From an uncultured Chloroflexia bacterium (GTDB lineage Bacteria; Chloroflexota; Limnocylindria; QHBO01): a stretch of 64,000 nt of DNA. The stretch covers positions 256,001 through 320,000 of the forward strand of contig CAWGTN010000002.1 in NCBI GenBank assembly GCA_963825525.1, in the 5' to 3' direction. This document shows positions 41,829 to 51,777 of this stretch, in pieces. The translations under genes and the position numbers were made by a program. The notes beneath the pieces were generated by a model, which was not told the DNA's origin, did no database searches, and saw only the letters and a program-made list of their open reading frames with translations. Each line of letters opens with the position of its first letter. Position 1 is the first letter of the stretch.

Positions 41829-42629
41829 CTAGAACTCGATGAGGCGCTGGACCTGGTCGATCGCGGTGGCGCGCCCGGTGGCCGAATCGATCGTGATGAC
41901 GACCGCGTTCAACGAGACCGGGCCCTCGGCGACTGCGAAGCGAGTCGGGAGGTGACGCGTGAAGCGCGGGAGGACGGTCTCGAGACTGAAGCCGATGACC
42001 GAGTCGCGTGGCCCCGTCATGCCAATGTCGCTGATATAGGCGGTTCCACCCGGCAGGACGCGCGCGTCGGCCGTCGGAACGTGCGTGTGCGTGCCGACCA
42101 CGCCGCTGACGCGGCCATCGAGATACCAGCCCATTGCGTTCTTCTCCGACGTGATCTCGCAATGGAAGTCCAGGATCCGGATCTTCGGCAGTGGCTCAGC
42201 GGCCTCGTCGAGCAGCGCGTCGATCTTCGTGAACGGTGAGTCGAGCTGGTTCATGAACACGCGGCCCATGGCGTTGATCACCGCCACCTCGGTCCCATCG
42301 TCGGCGTGGTGGACCAGCCACCCTCTGCCGGGTGCGTCGTCGGGATAGTTGATCGGACGCAGCACGGGCCGCGGGGTGTCGAGGTAGTCGTAGATCTCGC
42401 GCTTGTCCCAGATGTGGTTTCCCGACGTGATGACGTCGACTCCCCCACCGAGCAGCTCCTCGGCCAGGCTCGGCGTGAGCCCCGCTCCGGCCGCCAGGTT
42501 CTCGCCGTTCGCGATGACCATGTCGATCTCGAGCTCGGTCCGAAGCTCGGGCAGGGCCTGCATCACCGCCAGGCGGCCCGGCTTCCCGATGATGTCGCCG
42601 ATGACGCAGATGCGGGTCGCGCCGCTCAC
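41829..42629 (-). CDS. ymdB: YmdB-like metallophosphoesterase
   Basis: GDIIG, NGEN, GNHIWD, DFHCEITSEK, GTHTH; follows rny. Confidence 0.93.
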   Translation of the reverse strand: MSGATRICVIGDIIGKPGRLAVMQALPELRTELEIDMVIANGENLAAGAGLTPSLAEELLGGGVDVITSGNHIWDKREIYDYLDTPRPVLRPINYPDDAPGRGWLVHHADDGTEVAVINAMGRVFMNQLDSPFTKIDALLDEAAEPLPKIRILDFHCEITSEKNAMGWYLDGRVSGVVGTHTHVPTADARVLPGGTAYISDIGMTGPRDSVIGFSLETVLPRFTRHLPTRFAVAEGPVSLNAVVITIDSATGRATAIDQVQRLIEF

Positions 42630-44155
42630 CTGGCGAAGTCGACGGCGCGCGTCTCACGGATGACGGTCACCTTGATCTGGCCGGGATAGTTGAGCTGCTC
42701 CTCGATCTTCTTGACGACATCACGTGCCAGCCGGCTCGACGCCGTGTCGTCGATGGCCTCCGGCCGCACGAGAATCCTGATCTCGCGTCCGGCCTGGATG
42801 GCGAAGCAACGTTCGACACCCGGGAAGCTGAGGGCGATCTGCTGAAGGTCCTCCAGCCGCTTGACGTAGTTGTCGAGGTTCTCACCCCGCGCACCGGGAC
42901 GCGATGCGCTGATGGCGTCCGCGATCTGCACGATGGTGGCCTCGGTCGTCTCCTGCTCCACTTCCTGGTGATGGGCCGCGATCGCGTTGCAGACCGTGGG
43001 CGTGACCCCATATCGGCCGGCAATATCGGCGCCGATCGCCGCGTGAGGGCCCTCCACTTCGTGGTCCACCGCCTTGCCGATGTCATGGAGCAGGCCGCCC
43101 TTCTTCGACTCGGCCACGTTCGCGCCGATCTCGGCCGCCAGCAGTCCCGACAGTCGCGCGGTCTCCACGCAGTGGTCGAGCACGTTCTGACCGTAGCTCG
43201 TTCGATACTTGAGCCTGCCGATGAGCTTGATCAGCTCGGGGTGCAGGCCGGGCACTCCGGCGTCGTAGGCGGCCTGCTCGCCGGCCTGTCGCATGACGAC
43301 CTCGATCTCGGAACGGCACTTGGCGACCGTCTCCTCGATTCGCCCCGGGTGGATGCGTCCGTCCGAGATGAGCTTCAGGAGCGTCATCCGCGCTACCTCG
43401 CGGCGCACTGGATCGAACCCCGAAAGGACGACCGCCTCGGGCGTGTCATCGATGATCAGGTCCACGCCCGTCGCCTGCTCCAGTGCTCGGATGTTCCGGC
43501 CCTCGCGGCCGATGATGCGTCCCTTCATCTCCTCGTTCGGAAGCGGCACCACCGTGATCGTTGCCTCCGAGGTGTGGTCCGCTGCGATGCGCTGCATCAC
43601 GGTCGTGAGCACTCGTCGAGCGCGGTCCTCCCCCTCGTCGACGGCGTGGCGCTCAATCTCGCGGACGAGATGCTGCGCCTCAGCCCGGGCGTCATCGACG
43701 ATCTGCCCGATGAGCCCGTCCCGCGCTTCGGCGGCGCTCAGGCCGGAGATGTGCTGAAGCTCGCTCAGCTGCTGTTCCTGGAGCTCACGGACTCGCTGGA
43801 GCTCAGCCTCGAGCTCACGTTGACGCTCAGAGAGTGCCTGTTCGCGCCCTTCGAAGGCCTCCATCTTGCGGTCGAGCGCCTCCTCCCGGTCCAGGAGTCG
43901 GCGCTCGGAACGCTGGATGGTCAGCCGCTGTTCGCGGGCTTCCTCTTCGGCGGCCCGACGCAGCTGGAGCGCCTCGTCCTTCCCCTCGAGAACGATCTCC
44001 TTCTGCTTGGCGCGAGCTTCGGCAACCAGCCGCTCGGCGTACCCATCGGCGTGCTTGATCGATCGCATGCTGAGCATGCGACGGGCGAGAAACCCGATGA
44101 TGATTCCGGCAATCGCTGCCGCCGCGGCAATGGCGGCGACAAGAGGATCGTTCAT
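42626..44155 (-). CDS. rny: Ribonuclease Y
   Basis: N-terminal TM, coiled coil, KGRIIGREGRNIR (KH), LLHDIGK (HD). Confidence 0.97.
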   Translation of the reverse strand: MNDPLVAAIAAAAAIAGIIIGFLARRMLSMRSIKHADGYAERLVAEARAKQKEIVLEGKDEALQLRRAAEEEAREQRLTIQRSERRLLDREEALDRKMEAFEGREQALSERQRELEAELQRVRELQEQQLSELQHISGLSAAEARDGLIGQIVDDARAEAQHLVREIERHAVDEGEDRARRVLTTVMQRIAADHTSEATITVVPLPNEEMKGRIIGREGRNIRALEQATGVDLIIDDTPEAVVLSGFDPVRREVARMTLLKLISDGRIHPGRIEETVAKCRSEIEVVMRQAGEQAAYDAGVPGLHPELIKLIGRLKYRTSYGQNVLDHCVETARLSGLLAAEIGANVAESKKGGLLHDIGKAVDHEVEGPHAAIGADIAGRYGVTPTVCNAIAAHHQEVEQETTEATIVQIADAISASRPGARGENLDNYVKRLEDLQQIALSFPGVERCFAIQAGREIRILVRPEAIDDTASSRLARDVVKKIEEQLNYPGQIKVTVIRETRAVDFAR

Positions 44156-44304
44156 GTTCGGCTCCCCGGTCGTTGGAGCCCGGATTGGGCGGGGATCGCG
44201 CCGGCCACCCGGCCAGCGAATGGGCAAGACGATGAGGTCTGAGGTCGCGGGACGGTCCCGTCGACGGAGTGTAGCGCAAGTCCGCCGGTGGACGGGGTGA
44301 GGGC

Positions 44305-45258
44305 TCAGTCGGCGAAGATCCGGCCCATCAATCGAACATGGTCGAGGTCACGCGGCAGGAAGTCCTGGAGCATCACCCGCTGCGTGCCGTTTCGTTCGAG
44401 GGCCGCGACACGTTCGGCGGCCTCATCGGGTGTGCCCATGATCCACCGGCCGCGACGTTCCGCCAGCCAGGCCTCCCCGTCCTCCGGCCCCTTGCCCAGT
44501 GCGGCCATCAGATCACTCACGCGCGCATCCAGGTCTGCCGGTGTCTCGGCCACGAGGACGCCGGTCATCGCGGAGTAGACCAGATCATCTGGGTCGCGGC
44601 CGATATCGAGGCATGCGGCCCGCACGCGGGCATAGGCCTCCGGCGCATCGTCGGGCGACGCCGACAGCAGGTTAAACTCGTCCGCGTAGCGGGCCGCTAG
44701 TCCAGCCATCCGCGGCAGTCCCTTCCCGCCCAGGATGAGGTGCGGGTGCCGGCGGCCGCCGCGCGCCACCGGCCCATGCCGCATGGCTCCACTGACCTGC
44801 CAATGCGTGCCCGCGAATGCCCATCCGTCGGGCTCCGTCCAGAGGCCGTGAAGGATGGCGAGCTGCTCGGTGAGCATGTCGAAGCGCTCACCGATCGGCG
44901 GGAACGGGATGCCAAGCTGGGCGTGCTCGAGGTCATTCCAGCCGGCCCCAAGGCCTGCCTCGACACGGCCACCGCTCATTTCATCAACCGTCTGAATCAC
45001 TTTCGCGAAGCTGCCCGGGATCCGGAACGTGACCGGCGACACGAGGACGCCGAGCCGGATCCTCGTGGTCTCCCTGGCCAGGCCCCCCAGCGTGGCCCAT
45101 GCGTCGGTCGTGGGCAGACCCGCATCGCCGGGGAAGCTTGCGTAGTGGTCGGAACGGAAGAACGCCTCGAATCCGGCGTCCTCGGCCGTCCTGACAATGG
45201 CCAACAGCTCATCGTAGGTGAGCCCCTGCTGGGGCTCGGTCATGAGGGCGTATCGCAT
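44305..45258 (-). CDS. LLM-class (probably F420-dependent) oxidoreductase
   Basis: TEPQQG, FFRSDHY, DAWATLGGLARET, MSGGRVEAGLGAGW. Confidence 0.88.
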   Translation of the reverse strand: MRYALMTEPQQGLTYDELLAIVRTAEDAGFEAFFRSDHYASFPGDAGLPTTDAWATLGGLARETTRIRLGVLVSPVTFRIPGSFAKVIQTVDEMSGGRVEAGLGAGWNDLEHAQLGIPFPPIGERFDMLTEQLAILHGLWTEPDGWAFAGTHWQVSGAMRHGPVARGGRRHPHLILGGKGLPRMAGLAARYADEFNLLSASPDDAPEAYARVRAACLDIGRDPDDLVYSAMTGVLVAETPADLDARVSDLMAALGKGPEDGEAWLAERRGRWIMGTPDEAAERVAALERNGTQRVMLQDFLPRDLDHVRLMGRIFAD

Positions 45259-45262
45259 GTCC

Positions 45263-45826
45263 TCAGGGTAGACCCTCAAGGTCCGGCTCACTCTGTGCGC
45301 GTCGGAGCGTGGTCCGAACCGTCTCCGCATCGAAGCCACGCCGCATGAGGAACATGCCGATGCGCTGCACGGCTCGCGCATCGGCCGGCATCGGGCGGCC
45401 CCGAAGATGTCGCTCGAGAGCGTCGCGTGCGCGCTCGGCCTCGGTCCCGGGAAGCCCGGCGTCCTCGACCGCGCGCTCGGGCTCGACATGCTCGTCCCGA
45501 TATGCATCGATGACGTCTCTCGGCACCCCCTGGCGACGCAGCTCCGCCTCGATCATCCGACGCCCACGAGGCGCGTGCCGGTCGCGCTGCTCTCCCCACC
45601 AGCGGGCGAACGCGGCGTCATCCGCGTAGCCCAGCTCCGCGAGGCGATCGAGGGTGGCAGCGATCGTGGGCTCGTCCACGCCACCTCGTTGGAGGCGCCG
45701 CTGGATCTCCCAGCGGGTACGGGGGCGTGCGCCCAGGAATCGGACGGCGATCTCCATGGCCGCGCCCGCGTCGGGCGGGTCCGTCTCTGTTCCAACTCGC
45801 CGCCTGCGGGTCGCGCCGGTGGCCAC
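45263..45826 (-). CDS. recX: Regulatory protein RecX
   Basis: GYADDAAFA, ELRRQGV, LMRRGF; directly after recA. Confidence 0.88.
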   Translation of the reverse strand: MATGATRRRRVGTETDPPDAGAAMEIAVRFLGARPRTRWEIQRRLQRGGVDEPTIAATLDRLAELGYADDAAFARWWGEQRDRHAPRGRRMIEAELRRQGVPRDVIDAYRDEHVEPERAVEDAGLPGTEAERARDALERHLRGRPMPADARAVQRIGMFLMRRGFDAETVRTTLRRAQSEPDLEGLP

Positions 45827-45830
45827 GGAG

Positions 45831-46892
45831 CTACTCGGCCTCGCTGATCCCGTCGACCCCGACCTCGATGCTCGCGACCTTGCCGCGGATCTCGTCGTCG
45901 ATCTTCTCGGCGATCTCGGGGTTCGTCTTGAGGAACTCGCGCGAGTTCTCGCGCCCCTGGCCGAGGCGGACGTCGCCGTAGTTGAACCAGGCTCCGGTCT
46001 TCGACAGGATGCCGGCCGCGATGCCCACGTCGAGCAGCCCGCCCTCGACGCTGATGCCCTCGTTGTACATGATGTCGAACTCGGCAACGCGGAAGGGGCT
46101 CGCCACCTTGTTCTTCACGACCTTCACCCGCGTGCGAGAGCCGATGGCATCGGTCCCCTGCTTCAGGGTCTCGATGCGTCGGATATCCATGCGCACGCTG
46201 GCATAGAACTTCAGGGCGCGGCCGCCCGGCGTGGTCTCCGGGTTGCCGAACATGACGCCGATCTTCTCGCGAAGCTGGTTCGTGAAGACGAGCGCCGTGT
46301 TGCTGCGGTTGATGGCGCCGGTCAGCTTGCGGAGTGCCTGGCTCATGAGCCGTGCCTGGAGGCCGACATGTGCGTCGCCCATGTCACCCTCGATCTCGGC
46401 GCGCGGGACGAGCGCGGCAACCGAGTCGACGATGACGACGTCGACGCCGTTCGACCGAATCAGGGTCTCCGCGATCTCGAGCGCCTGCTCGCCGGTGTCC
46501 GGCTGGCTGACGAGGAGCTCGTCCACGTCCACGCCGACGTTCCGTGCGTACCCGGGATCCAGCGCGTGCTCGGCATCGATGAAGGCGACGATGCCGCCCA
46601 TGCGCTGCGCATTGCCGGCGACGTGATAGCACAGCGTCGTCTTGCCGCTCGACTCGGGACCGTAGATCTCGGTGATCCGGCCGCGAGGCACGCCGCCGAC
46701 TCCCAGTGCGAGGTCGAGGGCCACCGACCCGGTCGGGATGGCCTCGACGTTCTGGGCCGCGCGGTCGCCGAGGCGCATGATCGCTCCCCGACCGAACTGC
46801 TTCTCGATCTGGAGGATCGCCGCGTCCACGGCACGGCCGCGTTCTCCGTTTCGCTCAACCGGGACCTGGGCTGTTGCCACCGGTGCATCCAT
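45831..46892 (-). CDS. recA: Recombinase RecA
   Basis: [39 protein letters not shown]. Confidence 0.98.
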   Translation of the reverse strand: MDAPVATAQVPVERNGERGRAVDAAILQIEKQFGRGAIMRLGDRAAQNVEAIPTGSVALDLALGVGGVPRGRITEIYGPESSGKTTLCYHVAGNAQRMGGIVAFIDAEHALDPGYARNVGVDVDELLVSQPDTGEQALEIAETLIRSNGVDVVIVDSVAALVPRAEIEGDMGDAHVGLQARLMSQALRKLTGAINRSNTALVFTNQLREKIGVMFGNPETTPGGRALKFYASVRMDIRRIETLKQGTDAIGSRTRVKVVKNKVASPFRVAEFDIMYNEGISVEGGLLDVGIAAGILSKTGAWFNYGDVRLGQGRENSREFLKTNPEIAEKIDDEIRGKVASIEVGVDGISEAE

Positions 46893-46942
46893 GTGTCGTT
46901 CCGCTCCTGAATCAGTCGATTTGGGTCCCGGCGGCGCTGGGT

Positions 46943-47098
46943 TCACTCCTCGTCGCGGGGTGTGCGCTCCTTGCGCTTGGGCTTGATCACCTCGACCGAT
47001 GCCGGCGGCTCGTACGAGGAAGTCGGCGGAAGCTTCGGCGCCTTCTCCTTGGCCTTGCGCTTCTGCTCCTTGCGCGGTCGATCTCGACCCTTAGCCAT
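46943..47098 (-). CDS. Small basic hypothetical protein (51 aa)
   Basis: [19 protein letters not shown]...[10 protein letters not shown]; AGGAGG RBS 8 nt upstream. Confidence 0.75.
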   Translation of the reverse strand: MAKGRDRPRKEQKRKAKEKAPKLPPTSSYEPPASVEVIKPKRKERTPRDEE

Positions 47099-47263
47099 CG
47101 CTCGAACCTCCTGTATCGGGCCGAGCGACATGCACAGCGTGCCTCGTCGACCCTTATCAACCCGTTACCCGACGCTTACCCGCGTCGGCACTGGTCCGCG
47201 TGAGTGAATTCTACGCCTCGCGTCGTGACAGCTCGTGCGACGCAATGCCATTCTACACCGCCG

Positions 47264-48412
47264 TCATACATCGTCATACGAACCGGCGCGTGGACGGTCG
47301 AACGCCCCGGAGATCCGCTTCTTCAGGTCCGCGAAGGTGCCGTCGGACAGGGACGCGCGGAGCTGGCGAAGCAGATCCAGCGTCCACGTGACGTTGTGGA
47401 TGGTCGCAAGCCGATATCCCAGCAGCTCGTGGGCCCGGAACAGGTGCGCCAGGTAGGCGCGTGAGTGGTTCCGACACGCTTCGCACCCGCAGGCCGCGTC
47501 GATCGGCCCGTCATCGTCCTGGTGGCGCGCGTTGCGCAGGTTCAACCTCCCGTCACCTGTCCACACCTGGCCCGTGCGCGCCACCCGCGTCGGCAGGACG
47601 CAGTCGAACAGGTCGATGCCACGCTCAACGGCCACAAAGAAGTCAGGCGGAGCGCCGACGCCCATGAGGTACCGAGGGCGCGCGTCGGTTCCGAGCGCGT
47701 CGGCGACGACTTCAAGGGCCGATGCCATGGCTGCCTTCGACTCCCCCACCGAGAGGCCGCCGACGGCGATGCCGTCGAACGGCAACGCGGCGATGGCCGA
47801 GGCGGAGGTTCGGCGCAGCTCCCCGTCGACGCCACCCTGCACGATCCCGAACACGGCCTGGTCCGGCCGGCCACGGGCATCGAGTGAGCGCTCCGCCCAT
47901 CGATGCGTACGCTCCATCGCCTCGGCCACCTTCGCTCGTGGCAGCGTGGGATCCACCAATTGATCGAACGCCATCGCGATGTCCGACCCGAGCAGGGCCT
48001 GGATCTCCATCGAACGCTCCGGCGTCAGGCGGTGCGTGGCTCCGTCGAGGTGCGAGGTGAACGTGACCCCGTCATCATCGACGCGTCGCAGGTCGGCCAG
48101 GCTGAAGACCTGGAACCCGCCGGAGTCGGTCAGGATCGGCCCATCCCAGGCCATGAACCGATGGAGGCCGCCCAATCGAGCGATTCGCTCCGCGGTCGGG
48201 CGCAGGTTGAGGTGATACGTGTTTCCGAGGATCATCTGCGCACCGGCGGCGTGCAGGTCGCCGGGCGTCAGGGCCTTCACAGTCGCCTGGGTGCCCACGG
48301 GCATGAAGTCGGGCGTCAGGATCGGGCCATGCGGCGTGTCGATGCGACCCAGCCGGGCATGCCCGATGCTGGTGGGTGCAAAGGAATGAGCGAAGGAAGC
48401 AGGCGTTGACAC
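47264..48412 (-). CDS. tgt: tRNA-guanine transglycosylase
   Basis: FMPVGT, NTYHL, TDSGGFQVFSL, GIVQGG, CGCEAC zinc site. Confidence 0.96.
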   Translation of the reverse strand: MSTPASFAHSFAPTSIGHARLGRIDTPHGPILTPDFMPVGTQATVKALTPGDLHAAGAQMILGNTYHLNLRPTAERIARLGGLHRFMAWDGPILTDSGGFQVFSLADLRRVDDDGVTFTSHLDGATHRLTPERSMEIQALLGSDIAMAFDQLVDPTLPRAKVAEAMERTHRWAERSLDARGRPDQAVFGIVQGGVDGELRRTSASAIAALPFDGIAVGGLSVGESKAAMASALEVVADALGTDARPRYLMGVGAPPDFFVAVERGIDLFDCVLPTRVARTGQVWTGDGRLNLRNARHQDDDGPIDAACGCEACRNHSRAYLAHLFRAHELLGYRLATIHNVTWTLDLLRQLRASLSDGTFADLKKRISGAFDRPRAGSYDDV

Positions 48413-48458
48413 CGCCGGAGAGGATAGGCTACGTGGAGCACGGAGAGGTGACCGTCGG

Positions 48459-49145
48459 GTGCGATTGACCGAATGGCCGCGAATGCCGTTCCTGAACGAC
48501 GAAGTGAAGGAATGGATCGCGATCGAGCTGCAGACCCTCGGGGTCGAGGATCTGGCCGTCTACGCCCTCGAAGCGGGGACGGAAGGTGACGAGCGACGGG
48601 TGATGGTGGCGACCGAGGTCGGCCTCCTGGACCACCGCTACGCTCCGTTCGGATCGTCCGCGCGGTACCGCCTGGCGATGCTCATGTACCCGTGGCAGGT
48701 CCTCCGCGGCGTGGAGCTTCGTGCGGATACGTTCCGACTCTGGGCACGCGAGCACCGCACCCGCTGGTCGTTCCGGCTCCACCACCCCCACTTCGAAGCG
48801 GCCACCGAATCCCCCGACCTTGGACAGGCGCTGTGCGACCTCGCCCGCGTATGCGCGGTGATGGCCGAGCCGTTCGGCGTCCCGGCAGGAAGGGTCGCAA
48901 GCGACGTTCCGGGGGTCATTCCCGGGGGCCCGCGGCCGCTTCCGCCGTCGCCGGGCGAAGAGACCGATGATGACGACGAGCCCGAACCGGCCATCGCGCA
49001 CGACGATGCGCCCATGGACGCCAGCCAGAACGGTTCGTCGGCCGACCCTCAGCCATCCGAAGAGGGCGAGGAGGGCGAGGACGTGGTCGAGCTCGATGCC
49101 GAGGCGCGCGAGGCCGTTCCGACGCGTTCCGACGACCAGGGTTAG
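48459..49145 (+). CDS. Hypothetical protein with acidic low-complexity C-terminus
   Basis: Fills the tgt-queA gap with typical codon usage; start uncertain. Confidence 0.65.
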   Translation: MRLTEWPRMPFLNDEVKEWIAIELQTLGVEDLAVYALEAGTEGDERRVMVATEVGLLDHRYAPFGSSARYRLAMLMYPWQVLRGVELRADTFRLWAREHRTRWSFRLHHPHFEAATESPDLGQALCDLARVCAVMAEPFGVPAGRVASDVPGVIPGGPRPLPPSPGEETDDDDEPEPAIAHDDAPMDASQNGSSADPQPSEEGEEGEDVVELDAEAREAVPTRSDDQG

Positions 49146-50197
49146 ACGATCAGCATCGCGTCGCCGAAGCTGAAGAATCGGTAGCCCGCCGCCAGCGCGT
49201 CCCGGTACGCACCCAGCAGCACGTCCCGCGCCTCGTGTGGCGGGGCATCGGCCATTCCGTCCTGCACGAAGGCGGTCACCAGCAGCAGCAGCGAGCTCCG
49301 CGGCAGGTGGAAGTTGGTGATCATCGCATCCACGGACCGGAACCGATGCGGGGGCGTGACATACAGGTCGGTCCAACCCGAACCGGATTCCGAGGCGGCC
49401 GCCGTCTCGAGGACGCGCACGGTGGTCGTCCCCACGGCCACGATTCGTCCTCCCGCCGCCCTCGCCGACGATATGGCGTCGCGGGTGGCGTCGGGCACCT
49501 CGAACCACTCCCGGTGGATATGGTGCTCATCGACGTACTCGCCCTCGAGCGGGCGGAACGTGTCCAGCCCGACGTGGAGTGTGACGGCCGCCCGGCGAAC
49601 ACCCATTGATTGCAATCGCTCGAGCAGCTCCGAGGTGAAGTGCAGTCCGGCCGTCGGTGCCGCGGCCGATCCCGGCGGCCTTGCGTACACGGTCTGGTAG
49701 CGATCGGCGGAGGCCGTCCGGTCGCGGATGTACGGGGGCAGCGGCATGTCGCCCGCCTCGCTCATGATCGCGTGCGGATCTCCGTCGAACAGGACCGACC
49801 GGGTGCCCGAGCCCAGCCGCTCCCCGACCGCCACCTGGGCGCCGGTGCGCAGGATGACGGCCTCACCGACGGCGATGCGGCGCGAAGGCCGCACGAGCGC
49901 TTCCCAGGCCCCGGATGCAACGTCGAGCGGTCGCAGGACGAGGATCTCGGCCGATCCCCCGCTGGCGCGCGTTCCGGTGAGTCGCGCCGGGATGACGCGG
50001 GAATCATTGACGACGAGGAGGTCGTCGGGGCGGAGCCACGAGCCGATGTCGTGGAACCGCGCGTGCTCGACGTCGCCGGTCGAGCGCTCCAGCACGAGCA
50101 TGCGCGATGCGTCTCGGGGCTCGGCCGGCACCTGCGCAATGGCGTCGGTGGGGAGCTCGTAATCGAAATCGTCGACTCTGAGCCGGGGATCGTTCAC
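49142..50197 (-). CDS. queA: SAM:tRNA ribosyltransferase-isomerase
   Basis: FDYELP, PLPPYI, AAPTAGLHF, TNFHLPRSSL, FFSFGDAM. Confidence 0.97.
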   Translation of the reverse strand: MNDPRLRVDDFDYELPTDAIAQVPAEPRDASRMLVLERSTGDVEHARFHDIGSWLRPDDLLVVNDSRVIPARLTGTRASGGSAEILVLRPLDVASGAWEALVRPSRRIAVGEAVILRTGAQVAVGERLGSGTRSVLFDGDPHAIMSEAGDMPLPPYIRDRTASADRYQTVYARPPGSAAAPTAGLHFTSELLERLQSMGVRRAAVTLHVGLDTFRPLEGEYVDEHHIHREWFEVPDATRDAISSARAAGGRIVAVGTTTVRVLETAAASESGSGWTDLYVTPPHRFRSVDAMITNFHLPRSSLLLLVTAFVQDGMADAPPHEARDVLLGAYRDALAAGYRFFSFGDAMLIV

Positions 50198-50251
50198 CCG
50201 GAAAGCGTAGCGCCCGGCCGGATGGTCCGACCGGGCGCCATCGATGCGTGA

Positions 50252-51643
50252 CTAGATGAACGTTGCGTTGATCCAGTCCTGCGCGAAGTACACAACAAAC
50301 GCAAGCGCCACCACCCACATCAGAGGGTGGATCTCACCAAACTTGCCTCGGACTGCCTTGATCAGGACCCACGTCACGAAGGCGGCGCCGATGCCGACCG
50401 TGATGCTGAAGGTCAGTGGCATGAGGATGATGCCCAGCAGAGCCGGGAACCCTTCCTCGACATCCACGAAGTCGATGTCCTTGATGAGGGTCGCCATGAG
50501 ATAGCCGACCACGATGAGCACCGGAGCGGTCGCCGCGAACGGGACCATGGGCGCCAACGGAGTGATCAGCACGGCAACGAGGAAGAGGACGCCGGTGACC
50601 ACGGCGGTCAGGCCGGTCCTTCCGCCTTCCGCAACACCGGCCGCACTCTCGATGTAGCTCGTGTTGGAGCTGATGCCCGCCGCCCCACCGGCGGCGGCGC
50701 CGATCGAGTCAATCAGCAGCACTCGACCGATTCCCGGCACCTTGCCGTCAGGTGTCGTGAGCCCGGCCTGCTCGGTGATGGCCGTCGCCGTGCCCATCGT
50801 GTCGAAGAAGTCCGTGAGCATGATCGTGAAGATCGTGAGGATCGCGGCGAGCGCGCCGAGGGACCACACGTTTCCGAGATCGAACTGGCCAAGCGTCGAG
50901 AAGTCCGGCACGAAGCTGGCATCCGCCGGGAACGCCGTCAGGCCCACGATGAACGCGATCACCGACATGATGACGATGCTCAGCAGCAGCGCGGCCCGCA
51001 CCTTCATCACGAACAGGACGATCGTGACAAGCAGACCGAGCAACGTGAGCCAGGCCTGGGTGCTGTTCGGGAACACGAATTGGACGGGTGTTCCGGCCCC
51101 GGCAATGATCAGGCCTCCATCGGCGAAGCCGATGAACAGGATGAAGAGACCGATTCCGACCCCGATCGCGCGCTTCAGCGCGAGCGGCACCGCGTTCATG
51201 ATGGCCTCGCGCAGACCGACGACGACCAAGACGAGGACGAGAAGTCCTTCGATCACGATGACGCCCATCGCACCGGCCGGCGAGAGGCCAAGCCCGAGCA
51301 CGAGGGTGAATGCCACGATCGCGTTGATGCCCAAGCCCGCCGCGAGGGCAATCGGGTAGTTCGAGTAGAGCCCCATGCCGATGGTGAGGATGCCAGCCAG
51401 GAGGGCCGTCGCCGCACTGGCGGCGGGGACGAACGCCGCGCGTTCCGGCGATCCCTCGGCGAACATGTTGGACAGGATGATCGGGTTGAGGAAGATGATG
51501 TAGGCCATCACCATGAAGGTGGTGATCCCAGCCTTCACCTCGGTCCCGACAGTGGTCCCCCGCTCGGTGAGCTTGAAGAACGAGTCCAGTCCGCCGCCAC
51601 TCGGCGCGGGCCGTTCGTTCGCTGGTACCTCGGTCGCCGTCAC
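50252..51643 (-). CDS. NCS2/AzgA-type purine permease
   Basis: AGITTFMVMAYIIFLNP, DFFDTMGT, SYIESAAGVAEGGRTGLT. Confidence 0.92.
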   Translation of the reverse strand: MTATEVPANERPAPSGGGLDSFFKLTERGTTVGTEVKAGITTFMVMAYIIFLNPIILSNMFAEGSPERAAFVPAASAATALLAGILTIGMGLYSNYPIALAAGLGINAIVAFTLVLGLGLSPAGAMGVIVIEGLLVLVLVVVGLREAIMNAVPLALKRAIGVGIGLFILFIGFADGGLIIAGAGTPVQFVFPNSTQAWLTLLGLLVTIVLFVMKVRAALLLSIVIMSVIAFIVGLTAFPADASFVPDFSTLGQFDLGNVWSLGALAAILTIFTIMLTDFFDTMGTATAITEQAGLTTPDGKVPGIGRVLLIDSIGAAAGGAAGISSNTSYIESAAGVAEGGRTGLTAVVTGVLFLVAVLITPLAPMVPFAATAPVLIVVGYLMATLIKDIDFVDVEEGFPALLGIILMPLTFSITVGIGAAFVTWVLIKAVRGKFGEIHPLMWVVALAFVVYFAQDWINATFI

Positions 51644-51712
51644 TCGGGTTTACCCTCCGCTCCTTGGGGCTCCCTGATACCCGACACCATGTTGGGCACC
51701 GGTGCCGGTGGC

Positions 51713-51718
51713 AGCCTA
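51713..51718 (-). promoter_or_regulatory. Putative -10 (TAGGCT) of the NCS2 permease
   Basis: About 70 nt upstream of the GTG start. Confidence 0.4.
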
Positions 51719-51777
51719 CTCTCGCGTGGTCCGTGAGCGCGGCCCATTTTTGCGCGTCCCAGTAGCGTCGCGGTTCG

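Noticed and set aside
44156-44304. 6S RNA upstream of rny
   Set aside because: Too short, with no long rod and central bubble.
46893-47263. LexA box for recA
   Set aside because: No acceptable GAAC-N4-GTTC match found by eye.
51644-51712. Canonical purine riboswitch before the permease
   Set aside because: The short leader has one hairpin and lacks the conserved three-way-junction sequences.
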